Of a DNA stretch of 64,000 nucleotides, positions 49,815-61,000 are shown one piece after another. Below the pieces are notes generated by a model. It was not told the DNA's origin. It saw only the letters and a program-made list of their open reading frames with translations, and did no database searches. Origin of the DNA: Scyliorhinus canicula (lineage: Eukaryota); assembly GCF_902713615.1 (NCBI RefSeq), contig NC_052172.1, positions 20,349,954-20,413,953 of the forward strand, in the 5' to 3' direction. Made by a program: the position numbers and the translations under genes. Position 1 is the stretch's first letter, and every line of letters starts with the position of its first letter.

Positions 49815-50950
49815 TTTTTCAAATTCATTTTTGCATGATGCTGGTTAGGCCTGCATTTGTTGCCCATCCCTAATTGAGAACGTGGTGGTGAGTAGCTGCC
49901 ATGAACCGCTGCAGTGCAGTCCATGTGGTGTAGGTACACCCACTGTGCTGTTAGGGAGGGAGTTCCAGGATGTTGCCCCAGCGACAGTGAAGGAACGGCC
50001 GATATATTTCCCAGTCAGGGTGGTGAGTGACTTGGAGGGGAAACTCCAGGTGGTGGGGTTCCCAGGTATCTGCTGCTCTTGTCCCTCTGGATGGTAATGG
50101 TCGTGGGTTTGGAAGGTGCGGCCTAATCATCTTGGTGAGTTCCTGCAGTGCATCTTGTAGACGGTACACACGGCTGTTACTGTGCGTCAGTGGTGGAGGG
50201 TTTGAATGTTTGTGGAAGGGGGAACAATCAAGCGGGGCTGCTTTGTCCTCGATGGTGTTGAGCTCCTTGAGTGTTGTTGGAGCTGCACTCATCCAAGCAA
50301 GTGGAGAGTATTCCATCACACTCCTGACTTGTGCCTTGTAGATGTGGACAGGCTTTGGGGGGTCAGGAGGTGAGTTACTTGCTGCAAGATTCACATTCTC
50401 TGACCTGCACATGGAGGCACAGTATTAATGTGGCTAGTCCAGTTCAGTTTCTGGTCAATGGTAACCCGCAGGATGTTGATAGGGGGGAATTCAGTGATGG
50501 TAATGCCATTGAATATCAAGGGGCAATGGTTTGATCCTCATATTGGAGATGGTCATTGCCTGGCACTTGTGTGGCACAAATGTTACTCCCACTCGTCAGC
50601 CCAAGCCTGGATATTGTCCAGGTCTTGCTGCATTTGCACATGGGCTGCTTCAGTGTCAGAAGTCGCAAATGGTGTGGAATGTTGAATGCAGTCATCAGTG
50701 AACATACCCATGTCTGACCTTATGTTGGAAGGAAGGTCATTGATGAAGCAGCTGAAGATGGTTGGGGCTGAGGACACTACTGTGAGGAACTCCTGCAGTG
50801 ATGTCCTGGAGCTGAGGTGATTGACCTCCAACCACCACAACCATCTTCCTTTGTGCCGGGTATGACTCCAACCAGAGGAAAGTCCCCCCGCCCACTCCCA
50901 GAATCCCACTGACTCCAGTTTTTCCAGGTCTCCTTGATGCCATACCAGTG
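49815..50950 (-). mobile_element. CR1/L2-group LINE 3' fragment, distinct from the HER1-type CR1
   Basis: FSCFINDLP..MFTDD, QQDLDNIQAWADEW, IYKAQVRSVMEYSPLAW. Confidence 0.85.
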
Positions 50951-51524
50951 AAACTGTGGAGTTTGCACTTTCTCCCCGTGTCTGCGTGGGATTCCTCTGG
51001 GTGCTCCGGTTTCCTCCCACAGTCCAACGGTTACATGGATTGTTTTTTAAAAAATAAACTTAAAGTACCCAATTTTGTTTCTCCCAACTAAGGGGCAATT
51101 TGGCGTGGCCAATCCACCTACCCTGCACATTTGGGGTGGTGGGGGCGAGACCCACGCAGACATGGGGAGAATGTGCAAACTCCATGTGAACAGTGACCCG
51201 GGGCTGGGATCGAACCCGGGTCCTCGCTGCTGTGAGGCAGCAGCGCAAACCATGGTGCCACCATGACACCTGTTAGGTGGATTGTCTGTGCTAAATTGCC
51301 CCCTTAGTATCCAAAAAGGTTAGATGTGGTTACTGGGATAGTTTGGGCTAAAGTAGGGTGCTCTTTCCAAGGGCTGGTGCATTCTGGATGGGCTGAATGG
51401 CCTCCTCTGTATAACATCTGAGTCATGCCTTTGATCAGATTACAAACAGGAAGAGCTGCTCCACCTTCACCGTGACGTTGGAGTTAGTGGGGCTGGAGTC
51501 AGAATATCCTGCGGAACAGACTGG

Positions 51525-51755
51525 CCAGGAGCAGCTGGGAATATCCAGGAGGAGCTGGGAATATCCAGGAGGGGCTGGGAATATCCAGGAGGAGCTGGGA
51601 ATACCCAGGAACAGCGGGGAATATCCAATACCCAGGAGGAGCTGGGAATATCCAGGAGCAGCTGGGAATATCCAGGAACAGCGGGGAATACCCAGGAGGA
51701 GCTGTGAATTCCCAGGAGGAGCTGGGAATATCCAGGAACAGCTGGGAATACCGGG
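51525..51755 (+). repeat. Tandem repeat of about 20 bp (GCTGGGAATATCCAGGAGGA) immediately upstream of the calpain ATG
   Basis: About 11 copies visible. Confidence 0.9.
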
Positions 51756-51774
51756 GAGGGGCCCTCTTTGCAGC

Positions 51775-52002
51775 ATGTACCCTGCACCCTGGAGTGGGGC
51801 TGCCCACATTCCCGGTTCCCAGGACAGTAGTTGGGTGTTGAGGAGGAATGCTGAGCTCCTCCCGGCTCCCGGACCCGCTGCTACCCCGGCCCCCGGACCC
51901 CTCGCCCTGTTTGAGGATCCGCACTTCCCCGCTGCCCCCTCCTCTCTCCATGGAGCAGCTGGGAGCTCGCAGATCAACATCACCCACTGGAGGAGACCCC
52001 GG
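51775..52002 (+). CDS. Calpain exon 1 (MYPAPWSG...[14 protein letters not shown]...ITHWRRPR); start codon tentative
   Basis: FEDxxFP and WxRP motifs; donor gtgagt at 52003; first in-frame ATG at 51775. Confidence 0.8.
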
Positions 52003-55000
52003 GTGAGTGAGTGTGACCCTCGGGGGGAGTGAGTGAGTGTGACCCTCAGGGGGAGTGAGTGGGACCCTCAGGGGGAGTGAGTGTGACCCTCAGGGGGGGG
52101 GATGAGTGAGTGTGACCCTCGGTGGGAGTGAGTGAATGTGACCCTCAGGGGGGTGAGTGAGTGTGACCCTGGGGGGGGGGGGGTGGGTGAGTGAGTGTGA
52201 CCCTCAGGGGGGTGAGTGAATGTGACCCTCGGGGGGGGGTGAGTGAGTGTGACCCTGGGGGGGGGGGGGGGTGAGTGAGTGTGACCCTCAGGGGGGGGTG
52301 AGTGAGTGTGACCCTCAGGGGGAGTGAGTGTGACCCTCAGGGGGAGTGGGTCTGTGTGGGATTGTGCTCTGTGATGTGTGGGGCTAGTCCATACAGAGCC
52401 AGAGAAGGGCACCCCCCCCCTCTCCTCCCCCCCCCCCCCCCCCCCGTCCTTTTTAATTGTCCAATTATAAATGTATTCAGCAGACGGGGGGGGGGGGGGG
52501 GGGCATTGTGATCCTTCCTCCATTTACAGAGTTGGGGGGTCTTCATAGATTTCTTGTACCCTCAGTGGTTAGCACTGTTGCTTCACGGCGCTAGGGACCC
52601 GGGTTCAATTCCCGGCTTGGGTCACTGTCTGTGCGGAGTCTGCACGTTCTCCCCGTGTCTGTGTGGGTTTCCGCCGGGTGCTCCGGTTTCCTCCCACAAA
52701 TCCCGAAAGACGTGCTTGTTAGGTGAATTGGACATTCTGAATTCTCCCTCTGTGTACCCGAACAGGCACCGGAATGTGGCGACTAGGGGCTTTTCACAGT
52801 AACCTCATTGCAGTGTTAATGGAAGCCTACTTGTCACACTAGATACAAAGAGCAATACAGCACAGGAACAGGCCCTTCGGCCCTCCAAGCCTGTACCGGT
52901 CATGATACCAACCTTTGCCAAAACCCTTGTGCCGTATCCCTCTGGACCCATCCTATCCGTGTAATAATAATAATAATCTTTTATTGTCACAAGTATGAAG
53001 TTACTGTGAAAAGCTGGTACGGGAATTGAACCCGCGCTGCAGGCCATGTTCTGCATCACAAACCAGCTGTCTAGATCACTGAGCTAAACCAGCCCTCTGC
53101 ATTTGTCGCGATGCCTTTTGAACGCCGTTAATGTATCTGCTTCCAAAACCGCCCCTGGCAGCAAGTTGCAGGCGCTCCCCACCCTCTGCGTAAAAACACT
53201 TGCCTCACACATCTCCTCTAAACTTTGCCCCACAGACCTTAAACCTATGCCCCCTGGTGACTGACCCCTCCGCCCTGGGAAAGGGTGCCTGCCCATCCAC
53301 TCTATCCATGGCCCCTCATAATCTTGTAGACCTCTATCAGATCGCCCCTCAACCTCCATCGTTCGAATGAAAACAGTCCGAGGCTATTCAGCCTCTCCAC
53401 ATAGCTAACACCCTCCAGACCAGGCAACATCCTGGTAAACCTCCTCCGCACCCTCTCCAAAGCCTCCACATCCTTCTGGTAGTGTGACGACCAGAATTGT
53501 GCGCATTATTCCAAGTGCGGCCTTACCAAGGGTCGATACAACTGCAGCATGACTGGCCAGTTTTTATACGCGATGCCCTGTGCAATGAAGGCAAGCATTC
53601 CTTCTTGTCTGTCAATGAATTAGAGTTGATTAGATGCTGAAATTTATCAATACCCATTGCACTCACTTCCTCAAGTTTTGGGCCCAGTGTTTGTGTGACT
53701 ATCGTTTATTTTTGTCTTTCTCCTGCCTATATTCTAAATGGAATTCAGCGTGGCTGCAGGCCTTAGAACATAGAACAGTACAGCACAGGCCCTTCGGCCC
53801 TCGATGTTGTGCCGAGCAATGATCACCCTACTTAAACCCACGTAACCCAACAATCCCCCCATTAACCTTACACTACGGGCAATTTAGCATGGCCAATCCA
53901 CCTAACCCGCACATCTTTGGACTGTGGGAGGAAACCGGAGCACCCGGAGGAAACCCACGCACACACGGGGAGGACGTGCAGACTCCACACAGACAGTGAC
54001 CCAGCCGGGAATCGAACCTGGGACCCTGGAGCTGTGAAGCATTGATGCTAACCACCATGCTACCGTGAGGCCCTTCTGGACAGTGGCTGTAATGTATAGG
54101 TGTCCCTTCGAAACTAGACTGATACAGACTCCCATGCGTGGTCGGGGAGGGTGTTGGGTCGTATCGGGCACACAGGATGTTGCCCAGGACTGGACGGGGG
54201 AAATAGGGGGGCACAGTTGGACTATCAGAAGTTTGCAAAAGGATCGCTGAGATCCACTTACCCCTCCAGGACATGAAAGGTGGGCAATAGGTTTAAATAT
54301 ATTCTGCTATTTAGAACATAAGAACTGGCAGCAGGAATTGGCAATTCAGCCCCTCGAGCCCCCACCTCCATTCAGTACGATCATAGCTGATCTCCTCTCG
54401 GCCTCAACTCTACTTTCCCGCCTGTTCTCCACAACCCTTCAGCCCATTACTAATTAATATGGAGACTGTAAATCCTTACAAACAAAACGTATCCAGAAGC
54501 AACCTATCATCCAGCAGACCATCCGCCAGTCCGGTAGATCAAACGTTATCTTGAAACATTAAGTTTGTGAGATCAAAGGCCTTGCATAGCTTCTAACCTG
54601 TGAGCGGTATCATCCAGGTCCACCGGTATTGAGCCTGGTGAGACCCCACCTGATCACTGATTATTCTGAAATTCTAAATCAACACAGCTATATATTGCCA
54701 TAAATTATTTATTTGATGCTTTACTTTCAACAGGAAATTTGCGCCAATCCCCAGTTCGTTGTTGATGGAACCACCAGAACCGACATCTGCCAGGGATCAT
54801 TGGGTGAGAACCAGTGATCTGGGTTAAATTTAAGTGCATTCCTTCTTATGGGGCTACACAGGGGGGGGGGGGGGGGAGAGTGTGTTTGGAAAATGAGCCC
54901 TGGGAAAACTGCCCAGGAGGTGCTGTGAACTGATGGCCGCGATTACCCCCCAAAGGGAAGTGTGACAGTGAAATGTTTGAGTTTCAGCATCTCTTGCAAA

Positions 55001-58000
55001 CTTAATAATAATAATCTTTCTTGTCACAAGTGGGCTTACATTTACACTGCAATGAGGGCAGCGAGCTGGCACAGTGGTTAGCATTGCTGCCTCACAGCAC
55101 CGAGTTCCCAGGTTCGATCCCGGCTCTGGGTCACTGTCCGTGTGGAGTTTGCACGTTCTCCCCGTGTCTGTGTGGGTTTCACCCCCACAACCCAAAGATG
55201 TGCAGAGTAGGTGGATTGGCCACACTAAATTGCCCCTTAATTGGAAAAAATTAATTGGGTAATCTAAATTTTTAAAAAAACACTGCAATGAAGTTACTGT
55301 GAAAAGCCCCTAGTAACCACATTCCAGCGCCTGTTCGGGTACACAGAGGGAGAATTCAGAATGTTCAAATTACCTAACAGCACATCTTTCGGGACTTGTG
55401 GAGCATCCGGAGGAAACCCACGCAGACACGGGAAGAACGTGCAGACTCCGTACAGACAGTGACCCAAGCCAGGAATCAAACCTGGGACCCTGGAGCTGTG
55501 AAGAAACAGTGCTAACCGTGGTGCTACTGTGCCGCCTATACTGGCCACAATAGGTTTGGAAGGGCTAATTCTGTGCTTCCATCTGTGTCGAGGTTAGCTG
55601 GCAGTAATCAGGATAATGGTTTAACGTCTGCCTATCCTTGTTGTCAGGTGACTGCTGGTTCCTGTCCGTCATCGCCTGCCTGAGCCTCAACAAACGTGTG
55701 ATGGAAAAGGTCATACCCCCCAACCAGGGCTTTGGGCAAGTATACACAGGCCGATTTGTCTTTAAGGTAAGCCTCAGTTATGCATCAGCCTGATGCCTCC
55801 TATGCGGCAGTGTTCAATGGGTGCCAGCCGTTGCTCAGTGGGTAGCACTGTGTTAGAAGGTTGTGGGTTCAAATCCTGCACTCGGGACCTAAGTCTCAAA
55901 TCTAGGCTGACACTTTCAATGCAACCCCGGGAGAGATTGGAGTCGGTACTGCCGGCCTTCCTGATGTTCTGTGCGTTTTGTCTTTTTCCCAAGTTCTGGC
56001 AGTACGGGCAGTGGATTGAGGTTGTGGTGGACGATCGCCTTCCCACCATTAACAATAAGTTGGCATTCCTGTACTCCAAGGATAACAATGAGTTCTGGAG
56101 CCCACTCCTAGAGAAGGCCTACGCCAAGTAAGTGTGACCTAAGAATGGTTATGCCTAGAATGAGGGGATTGTCCTTTGACAAGCGATTGCGTAGCCAAGG
56201 CCTCAATCCCTTGGAGCTCAGAACCAATTATCTAGGTTAAAATTGAATACATTTCTTCTTCCACAGTGACACAGGGGAGCGAGATACAGTAGGTGGAATT
56301 CAAAATTTTAAAAGCTCTGGAATTAAAAATCTGGAATTAAAAAGCTGGTCTGTGTATTGGTAACAATGAAAACACTGACAATTTTTGTAAAATTCTTTAG
56401 CCGTGTCTGCTTGGGTCTGACCCGCACAACCCAAAAATATAGATGTTCAGGGAAGGTGGATTGGCCACGCTAAAGTGCCCCTTAACTGGGAAAAAAAGAA
56501 TTGGGTTCTCGAAAGTTTTTTAAAAATTGTAGAAACCCACCAGGTTCACGAATGCTCTTTCGGGAAGGAAATCGGCCATCCATCATGCGTCAGATCCATT
56601 GTAATGTGGTTGACTCTGAAGCGCTGACCTTGCCACGAAAGAACCGATACAGTGACTTTGTTTAATGGGTTATTTATTTTGCTTTTCCTCCCAGGCTGAA
56701 GGGGTGCTATGAGTCTCTTTACATCGGTTACCCATTGGAAGCGATGGTCGATCTCACAGGGGGAGCCCCTGAATCGTTTCAGATCAATGAGATGCCAAAG
56801 GATCTTTGGAAATTCCTGAGAAAGCTCCTGGAGAGAGGCTCGATAGTTTGCTGTGCTAAGCCGGTAATGGGTTAACCTGTCCCAAGTAAAGTTTGAGAGA
56901 TGGCCATTCACCCATAATCCCATGTCTCACTGGCCTACATTTAGTCGACATTCCGACCTACAATGAGCCAAACCTGACTTCTATAGTTAACTGCACCAGT
57001 GTGAGGCAGCTTGGTATGTTTATTTTTACATTCTAAAGACACAATTGTCCAAGTTCTTGCTTCTCAAATTCTTGACCCTGGCATTAGACCCTGTGCCCAC
57101 TGCTGCCCAGGCCCCACCCTCCTGAAACTGCTTCGACCCCCACTCTTTCGAAGACCTTCCTTTTGATCCCCCACATCTCACATCTCCTTTAGTCCAATGT
57201 CCTTGATTTCTTTACTTCTCTGGGAAATGCCTTGTGATGTTTTGCACTTTACAAAATGTTTTATTGGTGTAACAGTGAGGGAGAGTGGGGAATACTCTGT
57301 TACAGTGAGGGAGAGTGGGATATACTCTGTTACAGTGAGGGAGAGTGGGGAATACTCTGTTACAGTGAGGGGGAGTGGGATATACTCTGTTACAGTGAGG
57401 GAGAGTGGGATATACTCTGTTACAGTGAGGGAGAGTGGGATATACTCTGTTACAGTGAGGGAGAGTGGGATATACTCTGTTACAGTGAGGGAGAGTGGGA
57501 TATACTCTGTTACAGTGAGGGTGAGTGGGATATACTCTGTTACAGTGAGGGAGAGTGGGGAATACTCTGTTACAGTGAGGGGGAGTGGGATATACTCTGT
57601 TACAGTGAGGGAGAGTGGGGAATACTCTGTTACAGTGAGGGGGAGTGGGATATACTCTGTTACAGTGAGGGAGAGTGGGATATACTCTGTTACAGTGAGG
57701 GAGAGTGGGATATACTCTGTTACAGTGAGGGGGAGTGGGATATACTCTGTGTGTTACAGTGAGGGAGAGTGGGATATACTCTGTTACAGTGAGGGAGAGT
57801 GGGATATACTCTGTTACAGTGAGGGAGAGTGGGATATACTCTGTTACAGTGAGGGAGAGTGGGATATACTCTGTTACAGTGAGGGAGAGTGGGATATACT
57901 CTGTTACAGTGAGGGTGAGTGGGATATACTCTGTTACAGTGAGGGAGAGTGGGATAGACTCTGTTACAGTGAGGGGGAGTGGGATATACTCTGTTACAGT

Positions 58001-61000
58001 GAGGGAGAGTGGGATATACTCTGTTACAGTGAGGGGGAGTGGGATATACTCTGTTACAGTGAGGGAGAGTGGGATATACTCTGTTACAGTGAGGGAGAGT
58101 GGGATATACTCTGTTACAGTGAGGGAGAGTGGGATATACTCTGTTACAGTGAGGGGGAGTGGGATATACTCTGTTACAGTGAGGGAGAGTGGGATATACT
58201 CTGTTACAGTGAGGGAGAGTGGGATATACTCTGTTACAGTGAGGGGGAGTGGGATATACTCGGTGTTACAGTGAGGGAGAGTGGGATATACTCTGTTACA
58301 GTGAGGGAGAGTGGGATATACTCTGTTACAGTGAGGGAGAGTGGGATATACTCTGTTACAGTGAGGGGGAGTGGGATATACTCTGTTACAGTGAGGGGGA
58401 GTGGGATATACTCTGTTACAGTGAGGGAGAGTGGGATAGACTCTGTTACAGTGAGGGGGAGTGGGATATACTCTGTTACAGTGAGGGAGAGTGGGATATA
58501 CTCTGTTACAGTGAGGGGAGGGGGATATACTCTGTTACAGTGAGGGGGAGTGGGATATACTCTGTTACAGTGAGGGAGAGTGGGATATACTCTGTTACAG
58601 TGAGGGAGAGTGGGATATACTCTGTTACAGTGAGGGGGAGTGGGATATACTCTGTTACAGTGAGGGGGAGTGGGATATACTCTGTTACAGTGAGGGAGAG
58701 TGGGATATACTCTGTTACAGTGAGGGGGAGTGGGATATACTCTGTTACAGTGAGAGAGAGTGGGATATACTCTGTTACAGTGAGGGGGAGTGGGATATAC
58801 TCTGTGTGTTACAGTGAGGGAGAGTGGGATATACTCTGTTACAGTGAGGGAGAGTGGGATATACTCTGTTACAGTGAGGGGGAGTGGGATATACTCTGTT
58901 ACAGTGAGGGGGAGTGGGATATACTCTGTTACAGTGAGGGAGAGTGGGATATACTCTGTTACAGTGAGGGAGAGTGGGATATACTCTGTTACAGTGAGGG
59001 GGAGTGGGATATACTCTGTTACAGTGAGGGGGAGGGGGATATACTCTGCTACAGTGAGGGGGAGTGGGATATACTCTGTTACAGTGAGGGAGAGTGGGAT
59101 ATACTCTGCTACAGTGAGGGGGAGTGGGATATACTCTGCTACAGTGAGGGAGAGTGGGATATACTCTGCTACAGTGAGGGGGAGTGGGATATACTCTGTT
59201 ACAGTGAGGGAGAGTGGGATATACTCTGTTACAGTGAGGGAGAGTGGGATATACTCTGTTACAGTGAGGGAGAGTGGGATATACTCTGTTACAGTGAGGG
59301 GGAGTGGGATATACTCTGTTACAGTGAGGGGGAGTGGGATATACTCTGTTACAGTGAGGGAGAGTGGGATATACTCTGTTACAGTGAGGGAGAGTGGGAT
59401 AGACTCTGTTACAGTGATGGAGAGTGGGATATACTCTGTTACAGTGAGGGGGAGTGGGATATTCTCTGTTACAGTGAGGGAGAGTGGGATATACTCTGTT
59501 ACAGTGAGGGACAGTGGGATATACTCTGTGTGTTACAGTGAGGGAGATTGAGATAAAACCTTCAGTGTTTCTCTTAAACCTAAAGCGCAATGTCCAGGGT
59601 GGCACGGTGGTTAGCACTGTTGCCTCACAGTGCCGTGGGCCCAGGTTCGATCCCGGCCCCGGGTCACTATCTGTGTGAACGTTGCACATTCTCCCTTTAT
59701 CTGTTTGAGTCTCACCCCCACATCCCAAAGATGTGCAGGGTAGGTGGATTGGCCACACTAAATTGCCCCTTAATTGGAAAAAAAATTAATCGGGCACTTT
59801 AAATTTGAAAAATAAATAAATAATAAAACACAATGTCAAGGAACAAATGAATTCCCATTAGATGTGACTCTTTATAAAACCTTAAGCTGTACAGAAATCA
59901 AGTTCTTAAGAAGCACGGTAGCACAGTGGGTTAGCACAGTTGCCTCACAGCTCCAGGGTCCCTGGTTTGATTCCCGGCTTGGGTCACTGCCTGTGAGGAG
60001 CCTGCATGTTCTGCGTGGGTTTCCTCCGGGTGCTCCGGTTTCCTCCCACAGTCCAAAGATGTGCAGGTTAGGTGGATTGGTCATAATAAATTGCCCTTAG
60101 TGTCCAAAAGGTTAGGTGGGGTTACAGGGTTACGGTGATAGGGTGGAGATGTGGGCTTGGGTAGGGTGCTCTTTCTAAGGGCCGGTGCAGACTCGATGGG
60201 CCGAATAGCCTCCTTCTGCACTGTAAATTCTATGTTCAATGAATGTCAATATTACTATGAATGACTTTGGTCAATAACTGTGGTAAGAACAATAAGTTAG
60301 CGGATGCATCGTAATCTGGCCTGTCTTGTTGTCTGACCAGGGTCCAGTGGGTGAATTAAATGAACACGGGATTGTAACGGGACATGCGTACTCCGTGACT
60401 GGTGTTGACCAGGTGAGCTGCTCCTGCTATGTGAACTGAATTCTTCCCTAATCCACTTGTTTTTGACGAAGTGTGTGAACCCTCACGTTTTCTCTGGCTG
60501 AAGGAACAAAATGGCTGACGTTCGCCCAGGCTCCCGCTGTGAAATGGTGCGGCAGGCAGCAGGCTCCCGCTGTGAAACGGTGCGGCAGGCAGCAGGGCTG
60601 GAATAATCTCCGTCCGATGATTTCTCCTCTCGTCTGCTTTGTTGCCTACCTGGTCAGGTCGCTCGTGGCCTGCAACACCGTGTGGCAGTGAACTTTGAAC
60701 CTGCGGATTGAGTGGCAACACGGTAGCATTGTGGATAGCACAATGGCTTTACTGCTCCAGGGTCCCAGGTTCGATTCCCGGCTTGGGTCACTGTCTGTGT
60801 GGAGTCTGCACGTCCTCCCCGTGTCTGCGTGGGTTTCCTCCGGGTGCTCCGGTTTCCTCCCACAGTCCAAAGATGTGCAGGTTAGGTGGATTGGCCATGA
60901 TAAATTGCCCTTAGTGTCCAAAATTGCCCTTAGTGTTGGGTGGGGTTACTGGGTTATTGGGATAGGGGGAGGTGTTGACCTTGGGTAGGGTGCTCTTTCC

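Noticed and set aside
57197-59758. Repetitive ORFs up to 448 aa and a superficial CRISPR-like look
   Set aside because: Head-to-tail 30-bp units with no unique spacers and no cas genes; lies within a calpain intron.
60528-60596. 33-bp tandem duplication in calpain intron 6
   Set aside because: Real but only two copies, with no functional clue.
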